From Auanema rhodensis (lineage: Eukaryota > Animalia > Nematoda): DNA of 64,000 bases. The translations under genes were made by a program, and so were the position numbers. Below, in pieces: positions 26,089 to 37,387 of this stretch (position 1 is the first letter of the stretch; each line of letters begins with the position of its first letter). Where the stretch lies: contig OZ059894.1 in assembly GCA_964057225.1 (NCBI GenBank), positions 15,562,001-15,626,000 of the forward strand, written 5' to 3'. A model generated the notes under the pieces. The model was given only the letters and a program-made list of their open reading frames with translations, ran no database searches and was not told the DNA's origin.

Positions 26089-27783
26089 TCTCATTTCCAT
26101 TTTCGTCTTTTCCGCTTGAGCCGCATAATATTCTGCCATTGCAAGCTCCTGAAAAAAGATTTAATCAATTTACATCAAATATTTTTTTACTTTTTTAATC
26201 TGAGCTTTAATAAGTTCATCTTGCAATGAATTCTTAGAAGGCGGAGACAAATCTATTATACCAGAATCTTTCTCAATTCTCGGCTTCTTAGCACTACTTT
26301 TCGTAGGAATTGGTTTAGGATTATTTTTCGCTGGTTCTGAAATAAATTAAATACTCCATATATTTTAAAAATATATTTTTCCTACTTCGGGTAGAAGAAC
26401 GTAACACTGTGGGAGCCTTTGTCGCTTAATAAACTAAAGCATAAAAATGAGAAAGATATAGAAAGAAACCTGGAGGTGTTTTTTTTACAGTAGACGATCT
26501 ACGACCTCTTTTAGTTGATGTCTTTGGAGTAACTTCAAAATCAATATCAGATAAATCAGAATCTTCTATCGTCTTGATAGAACTGATGAAATTAGAACTA
26601 AGAACTGCAAAAAAAAAATTGAAAAACTAATGAAAGTAAAATCATACTATTATCTTGAAAACTGTCGGACATATCACTCATTCGACAATGAGCAAAAAAA
26701 TCTCCACTCTTTTTTAAATTTCTTAACGGTTCCTCTGTTGTTTTATTAGAGAGTGAAGTTCTATTGGAGATCATAGGAGAAGGAACAAGAACAACTAAAA
26801 AACAAAATTTTTTGTAAGTTTTTATAAAACACTACATACCGTTATCTGGTGATCGGGGCCTCTTAAGTGTCGGTGAAGGAGTTGGAAACGAGTTCAAGTA
26901 TGAGTTAAAACCTTTTCTGCTTATATTATTATTATTATTATTATTGATGCTGTTGTTAAAAAGGTTGTCATTATCCGGCTTAAAAACCTTTCTAGAAAAC
27001 TGCAAACAGTATATTTAATAAAATTTTTGTGAAAGTTCCAACATCAGGAAGTGTTTGATCGTCAGCTAAAGTCGTCGAGAAAAATACTGAATCAGTTACG
27101 TCTAAAGCATCGAAATCTTCTCTCTACAATATAAAACCTGTATATTAGGTTAAGAAAAAATTCGTGCATCATCACATTCTATCCCCGAATTATCTACTAT
27201 GGTCCAGTCATAATCTGTCTTGTAAGGAACTAAAGCTGCATGAAAATTGTTCAAAATGATATCAAACCTAGATCCACTAAACTTTCATACATAGTAGAAA
27301 ATTCTTCTTTTCTATATTGAATTGTACGAAGGAGGATAATATCTCCTTTGGTTAACCAAGTCGTACGACTGACATTTAAAAAATTCAAAAAATTCTCCTA
27401 ATATAAAAACTTTTCAATTAAACTTTTAACAAAAATCCCTTACCAATGCATGCGTCATCATCTGAGGAACCAAGGTATTTTTCAAAAAAGAAGAAGACTT
27501 GTCAATTGCCCATTCGTGTCTTCGAGCACAACATTCAGCAAAAATCCTTTCAGAATCAGCATCAGACAGTTCATAATGATCTTCAGGTTTAAAATCGAAA
27601 AATATAATTATATAAAAAGGCATGTTTACAGTGAGATTCAGAAAATGAAAAATAGGAAAAGATACCTAGAAGAACATCCAGGTCATTCGGTCTTGAGTCT
27701 TCATTACTTCTTACAGGTTGTAAATAATCTTTTAATAAAAGAGCAACTTCATAAGCTTCATTATTCCTACATAGAAACGACAT
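26074..27783 (-). CDS. Uncharacterised protein: helical N-terminus, S/T-P and basic disordered middle, short C-terminal coiled coil
   Basis: Exons join through short GT-AG introns: MSFLCRNNEAYEVALLLKDYL...RTTWLTKGDIILLRTIQYRKEEF...PTPSPTLKRPRSP...LQDELIKAQIKKELAMAEYYAAQAEKTKMEMRSLSF-stop. No family recognised. Confidence 0.75.
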
Positions 27784-27922
27784 TCTTACTATTATATCCT
27801 GAAGATTATTCCATTTTATTTTAAAAAAGAACTAATAAAATGAAAATTTGTAATAAAAATATTGTTTAAAATATTGTGAAATTCACATGAAAGCCTGAGA
27901 AAAATAACGTTGTCACAATACG

Positions 27923-27937
27923 TACGCGAATTTGAAT
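27923..27937. promoter_or_regulatory. E2F/CDE + CHR-like (DREAM) element
   Basis: CGCGAA directly followed by TTTGAA, about 140 bp upstream of the ATG at 27783. Confidence 0.4.
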
Positions 27938-28394
27938 AGTTTATTCAAGGCTACAGTACCTAATTGTTATTTGAATATGCATATCATAATCTAACCCTAT
28001 GGCACATACTGAATTCAAATAATGTCTAAGAGTAAAGAAAGCCAATAATAATTCAAGATATTAAAAATTAATTTTTATTAATTTTCGATCTATACCTTTT
28101 TAGTATGCATTTAATAAATATTGAATAGAACATCTAGATGAAAAACTATTTTTAGAGCAGACTATGTAATTATTGCATTTTTTCTAATATTCTGATATAT
28201 ACTTATATATGTTATACATACTCTACATTAGTTAATTTTAAATTTTAATCACCAGTAGACTGGTTGCATTCATTCCGAAAAAAATTATAATAACTTTTCA
28301 TACACAACTGAATTCCTTATTATATGTCAAAAAAGTATGACAGTACCAAACTATATTATTTTTATGAATATTTAAAGATCACTGTTTTGATCAG

Positions 28395-28419
28395 AAATGG
28401 CGGGAATCTTAAAAGCGGG
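28395..28419 (+). promoter_or_regulatory. AAATGGCGGGAA and AAGCGGGA GC boxes (E2F/YY1-like) upstream of the ncRNA host
   Basis: The only GC-rich motifs in an extremely AT-rich stretch. The same AAATGGCGGG occurs upstream of eif-3.K (58094-58103, minus strand). Confidence 0.45.
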
Positions 28420-28476
28420 ATAAAAAATATCTGACTGATAGTCTTCCCATTACCAGTTAATCCATTGTGTTTTTAG

Positions 28477-29110
28477 CATTCTACTTCTTCTTTTAGTGTT
28501 CGGTGAAAAGGTGAGTGTTTTTTATATTTATTATAATTTTTTATTTCTTTTCCTCTTTCAATTCACGTTATTTCATAGTATTTATTCCTTCCTTTGATCA
28601 TATCATGTCTGATTTTTTGGAAGAGAATTGGATATTATGGAAGTCATACTAAGCCTAAGCTCTCCGTTTCGGAGATCGAACATTTCTGTGTTTGTACTGT
28701 TATAGAATTTATTTCTATTAACAGAAGGGCAAGCGCCTAGTTAACGTGAACATTGTGAACGGAAGATTCTGGCATTTTCAAGCATTGTTGTTCTCTGTTT
28801 TACAGGTTCATCATTCGGTTCATGCCTGGAATGTTCCATTTTAAATGGCACAATGTTATTTGAAAGAGGTTAAATTACCAGTGGGACTATTGCTCACGAA
28901 GATTTAAATCTCTTTGTCATCAAGTGGCGACATGATCCCCACCACAATCAATTGTTTAAATATATATTAGTTATATTAGTATTTAAGGTTCCTGGTTGCA
29001 ATCGAGTTTGGTTGGGTTCGCTTTGCTTTGGAAAATCTTGTTGTTCCAATATTTTAAAATTTTCTTATTATATATAGATGTCAAATGTTTAATAAATATT
29101 TAAATTAAAT
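28477..29110 (+). ncRNA. Putative two-exon non-coding host transcript (or 5' UTR exon of the downstream gene)
   Basis: TTTTAG acceptors at 28476/28496, strong donor AAG|GTGAGT at 28511, acceptor ATTTAAG at 28987, AATAAA near 29091. No ATG-initiated ORF across the junction. Confidence 0.5.
28561..28949 (+). ncRNA. terc-1: Candidate telomerase RNA (intronic, H/ACA type)
   Basis: Template CTAAGCCTAAGC (28649-28660), complementary to TTAGGC repeats. Enclosing helix 28562-28570/28742-28750. Second domain closed by 28751-28757/28849-28855. Box H AAATTA (28872-28877), 3' hairpin 28881-28885/28938-28942, box ACA (28944-28946). Confidence 0.78.
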
Positions 29111-29200
29111 GTGTAATGATCAGTTTTATATTATGAACAAACAATGAAGCCTGTTATAGCCTGTCTTATTAGACGGTTCAAAGGGATTGCAGTGGTAATG

Positions 29201-29214
29201 GTTGCCATAGTAAC
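29201..29214 (+). promoter_or_regulatory. X-box (RFX/DAF-19 site)
   Basis: GTTGCC-AT-AGTAAC fits the 14-bp X-box consensus and lies about 125 bp upstream of ATG 29339, the typical position for nematode ciliary genes. Confidence 0.8.
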
Positions 29215-29338
29215 TGATGTTTATATGTTCAATGCTCCGATCAACTATTGTCTCCAACCATATATTGATTTAAAACGTTATTTATATTTATTTTTTAAAC
29301 TTGTTTTATTGTTTTTAAAAATATATATTTTAAGCTGA

Positions 29339-30936
29339 ATGAGTGATGCTGACAGCGATATGTTGGGCCATTGCCAGCAATCAACTGATTATAGGAAAAA
29401 TAAATTTTATACGAAAGAACCAATAAGGAATCTAAGAAATACTCGACAAAGAGAAACTCGGTTTCTTATTTATGATGAAGAATTTCAAAATAAGCTGAAA
29501 TCATTTCGGGAAAACTTTGGTAGAATGAAATCTAAACATCGCAAAACTTTGGAAGACATATCTCTGAAAATCGTTACGCTTGAAAGACGTTTAAACAATG
29601 CAAAAGCAGCAAGAGTAAGTATATTTATATTTCGCTTTACTTAAATGTTTGCTAATAATTTTTAACCTAAAATTCTGTTTAGGATGCATATATTGATTTT
29701 TTACAAATGAAATATCCATTATGGAAACCAGTACTTTCATCATATGCTGGTCCTCCTCGTACTGATGTGGTGGTAAAATTAATAAAAACATATTTGTATA
29801 TCATATAATCTTTAGATTGAAGATAAAACTCAAGAACCTTTGAATGCCATATGGGAAGCACATATGAATAGAAAAACACCACAAGATGTCAGGTATATCT
29901 TAAGCGTAAAATTTCTTGTTAAATATTTTTATGCAGCTTAACGGATCCTATGAACTCATATGCTCAGACAAGAGAACAAGTTCGAGAATTACGAAATCAA
30001 ATGCGTGAATTACAAGCTCGAGTTTCTCAACCTCTATATTATAATGGTCCGAGGATGTTTCCCCAACATTGTTAGTTTAAGATAGACATAGATTGCTGTA
30101 ACTTTTTGTTTAGATCCTAGTGAGCACTATATAAGTAATACTCGTTCAATGATGCAAAATATGAACTTGAATGATTCTCATATTCCTAGGCCACATCATA
30201 ACTTATTTTCTTCTGATCAGTTAACTGCCCAATATGCTCAACAACGAGATCATCTTCTACAAGGCTTGTAAACAATTATAGCTTTTTCTAATTGTCTCTT
30301 TCAGAAGTTAATCGCTTACAAAATGCTTACGATGCTGTGAAAAATGGAACCCAAGAAACACCGTCCACACCGAAAACTGAGATAGTGGCGCAAGAACCAG
30401 CAGTAACAGAACCACCAAATTTCAAGCCTGTTGAACCTGCTCATCAGGAAATTGTTCAAGAAAGAAGGATAGTTTTCAATACAGAACCTTCTGTACAGCC
30501 TGAACCAGTTATGAAACCTTCCACAACTCTTGAGAAACGTTCAAGTATAGGTATTGTTTTTTTACATTCTTCCATGAAATTAGTATTGTAGAATCTAATC
30601 AACAAGATCGAAAAAGCTCTCAAGTTATGAATATTCTAAATAATAAAAATGAAACAAGTGATAGTGAAGATGATATTGAAAAACAGAACGTGACCACCAA
30701 GAACATGAAGTCATCTGGCTTGCAATCTGTCATTCAACAATCGAAGTAAGCATTTCGTACAATTTTTTACTTTCCTGTCAATCTTTTGAAATAGGTCAAA
30801 GACGACTACAAACAGTGGCTCACTCTCTATGTACTTGAAGAAAATAGCGGATAATGATAGTTCTAGCAGTGAAGATATATTTTCACCCGTGAAGAAAATG
30901 GGTGGAATTGATAGTGATTCAGATTTTTTCGGTTAA
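29339..30936 (+). CDS. Uncharacterised coiled-coil protein, probably ciliary/centriolar (possibly Kizuna-like)
   Basis: Seven exons splice in frame. N-terminal coiled coil ending ...LERRLNNAKAARDAYIDFLQMKYPLWK; acidic C-terminus ...IDSDSDFFG-stop; X-box upstream. Confidence 0.8.
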
Positions 30937-31236
30937 TTCTTTGAAAATTGTTCAAAAGAAAAACTTTTTATTTGCATAATTATAATTATATGTATATGTG
31001 AATTTGATATTAGCTTTCTTAATTATTAATAAACTTTTAAACAAGAATTTCTAGTAAACAAGTCTTATTTCGTGTTACAAACGAAAACATGACCCAATGA
31101 CAAATATAAACAGACCTTTAGTGTATTCGAAAAGTAAAGAGACTAAACTTGATAGTTTGGTATAATAATTAACACATTTTGCGTAAATATTTGTTGTATC
31201 GTAGAATTAATTTATGTTCTCACTTCAGAATTAAAT

Positions 31237-33904
31237 ATGGGAGAAATCGAGGATGCAAACTTATCAGCTCATACTGATACAGCATCGGTTGTTGAGGACA
31301 AAGAAAAACTAGTGGAAGATGAGAACGCTAGGAAAAGAGATAGATCTCAAGGTACATTGCTTTTAATAATCACATTGTTCTCAATTATGTCTTAGCTATC
31401 AACTCCTGTTTTTAGCGGAAAAATCTCCTTCTCCAGTGGCAAAAAGAACTCGCCGTGAAAAAGAAGACAAAAAAGGTAGCATTTTTTTTCTAAAACTAGT
31501 ATAATCTATTACATCTTAAAAATTATAGACGATAAAAAATCAAGTAGAGAGGATAAAGACCGAAAAGACAAAAAGGATGATAAAAAAGAAAGTGATAAAA
31601 AGTCTAAGGATCGTCGGTCACATAGAGGACGATCTCGTTCAAAATCAAGGTTTTTTAACTTTATATTTTTTAAACATTTTGAATTATTGAGTTGTTTGAA
31701 ACTATATTTGAAGTTAATACTTTAGGAGTCGATCTCCTTCAAAACGAAGCAAAAAGGAGAAAAAAGAAGACACAGATGAAGAGGGAGAGTTAAAAGAACC
31801 TGTAAAACCAAAAGTTCTTTCGGCCCGTGAATTGGAACGTCAACGACTGATTGAAGAGGAAATAGCTGTATGTCTGAATTAGGGAACTGGATATAATGAT
31901 TCAATCTAATTGTAGAAAGAAAAGGAAGAGGAAGCTGACGAACCTGTATGGTCCATGAAAAGAGCTCAAGAAGAAAAGCCAAGCAGAGCATGTCCATATT
32001 TAGATACTATTGATAGGTTAGTTCTACCCTTTTGTTCAAAATATTCATTTTCCTGCGTAACAGGTCAGTATTGGATTTTGATTTTGAAAAATTATGCTCT
32101 GTTTCTCTATCTCATTTGAATGTATATGCTTGTTTGATTTGTGGAAAATATTTCCAGGTAAGGTTAGTTATTTCAAGCAGTTTATTATATTTTTATTTAG
32201 GGCCGTGGTACTAATACTCATGCTTACACCCATTCTTTGGATACAGATCATCGTGTGTTCATGAATTTGCAAACTCTAAAGTTCTATTGCCTTCCGGATA
32301 ACTATGAGGTTCAAGATCCGTCTCTTGATGATATCAAAGTAAGACATATGATAGATTTTATAAGTTTCAACTTGTGTTTATAGTATGTTTTACAACCAAC
32401 TTATACTAAAAGTCTGATTGCTAGTCTTGATAAACAAACTCGAATGGCCAGAGCTTATGATGATAGTACTTACTATCCTGGAGTTGTAGGTTTGAACAAT
32501 ATTAAAGCCAATGATTACTGTAATGTGATTTTCTCTGTAAGTTTTAAATTATAAGCTTTTATTTATTTATTTATTTTTTTATAGTCATTAGCTCATGTAT
32601 CTCCATTACGTAATTATTTCTTACAAGAGGAGAATTATGCAAAAATTAAAAGACCTCCTGGAGATATATTGTCGGAATTACCAAAACGTTTCGGTGAATT
32701 GCTTAGAAAGCTTTGGAATCCTAAAGCTTTCCGTAAGCACGTATCTCCCCATGAGATGCTTCAAGCCACAGTTTTGTGTTCGGAAAAGAAATTCCAGTTT
32801 ACTCAACAAAGTCAGTTTAGTCTTTTATATCATGAACTCATTTATGTTAATTTGAAGGTGATGCTGCTGACTTCATGAACTTTTTATTGAACACTTTGCA
32901 TGTTGCTCTTAATGGCAATAGCAAGACTAATTCATCCATAGTTTACAAGTATGTGTTTTTTCTTTCTGTCACATTCATATGGTATTCAATTTTAGAACGT
33001 TCCGAGGTAGAATGCGTCAATATTCTCGTAAGGTTATGCCAACTGAAGCTACTGATGAACAAAGACGGCAACTCCTTATTCTTCCTGAATATCAAGGTAT
33101 AAATTTAATCTCTACTTGCCTTCAACAATAACTTCAGAAACCGTGAAAGAGATTCCTTTCATATACCTAACACTTGATCTTCCACCTGCTCCTTTATATA
33201 GAGATCAGCAGCTAGAAAATATTATTCCACAAGTTCCTCTTCATGTTCTTCTGGGAAAGTTTAATGGTGTTTTAGAACGTGTACGTGTGTTATAAAACTG
33301 GACTGTTTAAAAAATTTTCATGTTTCAGGAATACAAAACTTACAAGGAAAATATTATGAAACGGTTTGAGCTACTACGTCTACCTGAATATTTGATTATT
33401 ACATACAAACGGTTCAATAAGAATCAATGGTTTGTTGAGAAAAATCCTACTATTGTTAATTTTCCTATCAGGTAAAACAAATGTTAGTTTGTGAAATAAT
33501 CTAAATGTTTTCAGTAATGTTGATTTGTATGATTGCTTAGCTCCTGAAGCTCAACAATCACATAAATACACGACATATGATTTAATAGCTAACATAGTAC
33601 ATGAGGGAACTCCTGAAGAGGGTAGCTATCGTGTGCAATTAGTTCATCAAGTAATTATAATTATAATATCTAATTTTCAATCATCCACTTTTTTCAGGGT
33701 TCACAAAAATGGTTTGAATTGGAAGATCTTCATGTTAAAGAAATTCTACCTCAAATGATTGTACTGGCCGAGTCTTACATTCAGGTTATTGCTCTTTGAT
33801 ATTTCCTTACCCCTATTTCTGTTTTATAGCTCTGGAAACTTGATAGAACTAGAACTAGAGAACAACGGATGGCAGAAGCTACTGACACTCCAATGGATAT
33901 GTAG
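31237..33904 (+). CDS. usp-39: U4/U6.U5 tri-snRNP protein USP39/Sad1 (inactive USP)
   Basis: Charged/RS N-terminus; ZnF-UBP CPYLDTIDRSVLDFDFEKLCSVSLSHLNVYACLICGKYFQGRG; GLNNIKANDYCN with Asp at the catalytic Cys position; FVEKNPTIVNFP; ILPQMIVLAESYIQLW. TAG at 33902-33904. Confidence 0.95.
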
Positions 33905-36855
33905 ACGACGGACGTTGAGATGATTTGGTACAGGTTTTGCTTCTGATTTGTAGATAATTCTTTTTCTTGTGGTAATTTATTTCCAGTTCATTGTTTGATC
34001 TTGTTTATTGTTAAAAAGATCCAATAAAAATTGTCTTTTTCTCTAATAGGGCAAAAGGAAACACATAATAGGTTGTCAACCATCTGTAGTGCATATGGGA
34101 TTCCCTTTATCATATGGTATTCTAACTCCTGAGAAATCGTTATTCATTCATCTGTTCAACCAAGAAGTGGTTTCTTTTGCCATATAGTATTAAGATTGAT
34201 CTAGTGATAACCATACATTTTCATTAAGAACATGGTTGTTATCAAGTAGAGCTCCAGAATTCTCTTTTTGACAAAAATTAACAAAAGAAGAATTTATTTT
34301 AACTTCTCTCAAGTTTCATCTACGATCTATTTTCTCATTCTTTTTTCACTAGTATGATGAGACTATATAATCCAGATTTCATTTTCGAAAAAGAGTGATA
34401 ATTTTTTTCGTAATTGGAGATAATTGAGCATTAGATTTTGATTATAGTCAACTAGTTTTCTTCCAATTTCAAAGTTTCTATTTTCTCTGATAATCCCGTA
34501 TCTTCTTCTAATTGTTTCATATGTCAATGAATGAGATAGGACCAGGTGTCTTTTAATCATTCAACTTTTCGTTTAGTACTTTGTCCTCTTAGATTTTACA
34601 TTTAGCAAATCAGTTAAAAAGCACATGTGCAAAAAACCGAAAAAAAAACTTTTTCCCAACTTACGTTTGAAACATACGTTTTCTTTGCAGTATTTCATGT
34701 ACGAAGCTCTTAATAACTGCATTTTTGACACACAACTTGTATACTGATGGATATGAAGACAAACAGAAAAAGAAGTACGTCAGAAGTTTTCGTCTTTCTT
34801 CTTTACCATCATCTGCGTTTTCACAACCATCACCCATCGCTCTTTGCTGCAGCTTCATTTTGTATTAAATATTTTTTAACTGAAAGCTATTTTTCTAATG
34901 ATAATTTCGAAATTCTCTAATAAACATAGCAATTTAAAACTCATACTAAGATATTTTGAATATGGCTTGCTGATATTCATTGTATTCGTTCGTTGCTCCT
35001 AGGAGCTATTAGTGTAATAAGTTTTCGTACTTTTGTTTGGTTCTTTCGTCTGATTTACGTTCTAAAACAACTTGAAGCATGAGCTTCGATCTTTGTATTT
35101 TCATGTAAAAATGAGATTTAACAATAGTTTAAAAATTATAAGAACATAATTTTAATTGAAACACTAATAAAATGAAATAAAAGTGCCTAATATTTAAAAT
35201 ATCTTCATCACTTTGTACCATTATTGTGTCCCCCCTCTCCTTTTTATCATTCCAATATATTCTCTCTATCTTACACAGCTGTTTCAAACCATAGCTTTAC
35301 TGATGGAGCATTAGCGCGTGCAATATATACTTACGTGTTCAAAGTCTAAGAAGGTATCATCAACCGAAATTTTGTCCTCTTTGTAAATAGCATTTGCTCA
35401 CTTGTTCACCCAAGTATTCTACATTTTATATGAGAAGGTTAAATTTATTGTCGTTGTTCTCGTCGTGATGTAGTGTCATCACATGCTCCGCTATGCTGAT
35501 GACGTCAATTCGTTCTTCGCAAAGGTACACGTGCTTTTCAATCTCTTCTCCTCATCCTTCTCCGACACAACCATTTCGATACATACGACAGCATCTGCCT
35601 CTTAATTCTGTCTAAAATCTATACCAAATTTTGTCTTTAAAAATCAATTCTCCAAATGTTCAGAGTCTATAAATTAAATTATAAATATCATCTTAGTCAA
35701 TAGTCGTGCAGGAGCTTTTCGCATAAAAGCACATGATTCTCACTGCTGACCATACAATGATAACAGAAAACATGGTGACATCATCTTGGCTACTTATCAA
35801 TTTCAAAACTTTTTTGAGTATAAAAGTCGTCTCTGCCTGCTATTCATTTACGTTTCAAATTTTCTTATTATTTTGAACAAGATAATATACATTTCCATAT
35901 AGATAATAGCATATAGACTTTAATGTTTACTTTATAATATTCTAAACTAATATATACTTTGGTCATTTTTCTGTTTTCGTCTCTAAATATTCAATTATGA
36001 ATCATATGGTCAATGTATGACAGATATTTTGAACTTCTCAATTTATTGCGGGGCATGCAAAGTAATAAAAATTTTTAAATGATTATACTCAAAGAGAAAG
36101 TTTTATTGATAACATCAAATTGAAAGGAACAATTAGAACTAGATATCTGTCTTTACTTATCTTTCATCCTGCCAGCATGTTCATAACACCGTTTTAAACT
36201 TCATGATATGTTGCGCAACATTTATTTTAATCTTCAGCTTATTGTAAATTTATCCAAGCATTTGTTGATCTCTGTCACCTTGCTGACTTGAGCAAATTAT
36301 TTTTGTACGTTTCGTTGTTGACAAAAAAAAAGATGATAGCCGGAAATACAGAAGTACACAACTGTTCAAATATAGTTTGAATGTGAGCGATCATAAATGA
36401 AAATAGTATATGACATAGAGAGGAAAACAAAAAAAAGAGAAAGAGGGAGTAAAATAACGTGAAAAGAGAAAGACATAAAGTAGAGAACAAGAGAAGGGCA
36501 GGATTATATAATCTTTTTACTTTAAAAACAGAACAATTCATCCTATATATAGAGAAAAAATTTCGGCTAGCTTATCTGAAAACGCTACTACTTCTAGTCA
36601 TCTTTGGTATCAGTTATTTTTTATAATCATTTCGAATTTTGTATGACGAAATATTTTTCATGAGAAGTGACCAGAAAATTTTCAAAATCTTTTAAGTGAA
36701 ACCTGTTTTAATGAAATTTTAAAATAAAAAAAAGTTAAATGAAGAACTCCCAAATAGTGATGGTATGTCGATCTATCTATGTGTATATGTCATCATTATT
36801 ACAACAGTATTGAACAAGCGTCTTATTTCTCTAATTATATAACACGGTGAAAGCG

Positions 36856-37387
36856 CACGTGCCTTCTGTAAAATAACATGTTTAGACAGCATAGGATAAA
36901 CATATACGTTTCAATCTTTTTGCAACTCTAACTTTGATTAAATAGTTCCTAATTCAGTATAGTTCAATAATTCTTATTATATATGCTAATACTCACGTGA
37001 GCATTTGCACGTGGACGCTATTGAATATGCAAAATACGTTACTTCGTAGGAATGCGCATGGTCTATTGGTTGCTTTCACATATATATATTATATGTTACA
37101 TTTATATTATTTTTATTCCCAACTTCTTCATTGAATTAGATTTTAAATTACAATTCTAGATTAACAAGTTCATATCGTTCTTTATTTAATGTACTTTCAC
37201 TTATGATATTTAATGAAAAAAGTGTTCTATTGTGGCTAATTTGTAGTAGCATTAAATCTTTCTTAGAATTCCACAGTTCTTGCTATATTTGATAATAATA
37301 TGAAATTGAAATCAAACAATACTTTGACCAGCCATCACAGCACTGAATTTATTTTTAAGCACTATCACGTATAAACACTTGCACGTG
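36856..37387. promoter_or_regulatory. Cluster of four CACGTG E-boxes
   Basis: CACGTG at 36856, 36994, 37008 and 37382; others at 35528 and 41935. Confidence 0.5.

Noticed and set aside
28397-28423. Mini-ORF MAGILKAG upstream of the ncRNA host
   Set aside because: Only 8 codons, upstream of the acceptors; better explained as GC-box promoter motifs.
28649-28660. Interstitial telomeric repeat or chromosome-healing scar as the explanation for CTAAGCCTAAGC
   Set aside because: Only two units, embedded in a multi-helix fold ending in H/ACA boxes, so a template role fits better. Chance occurrence is not formally excluded.
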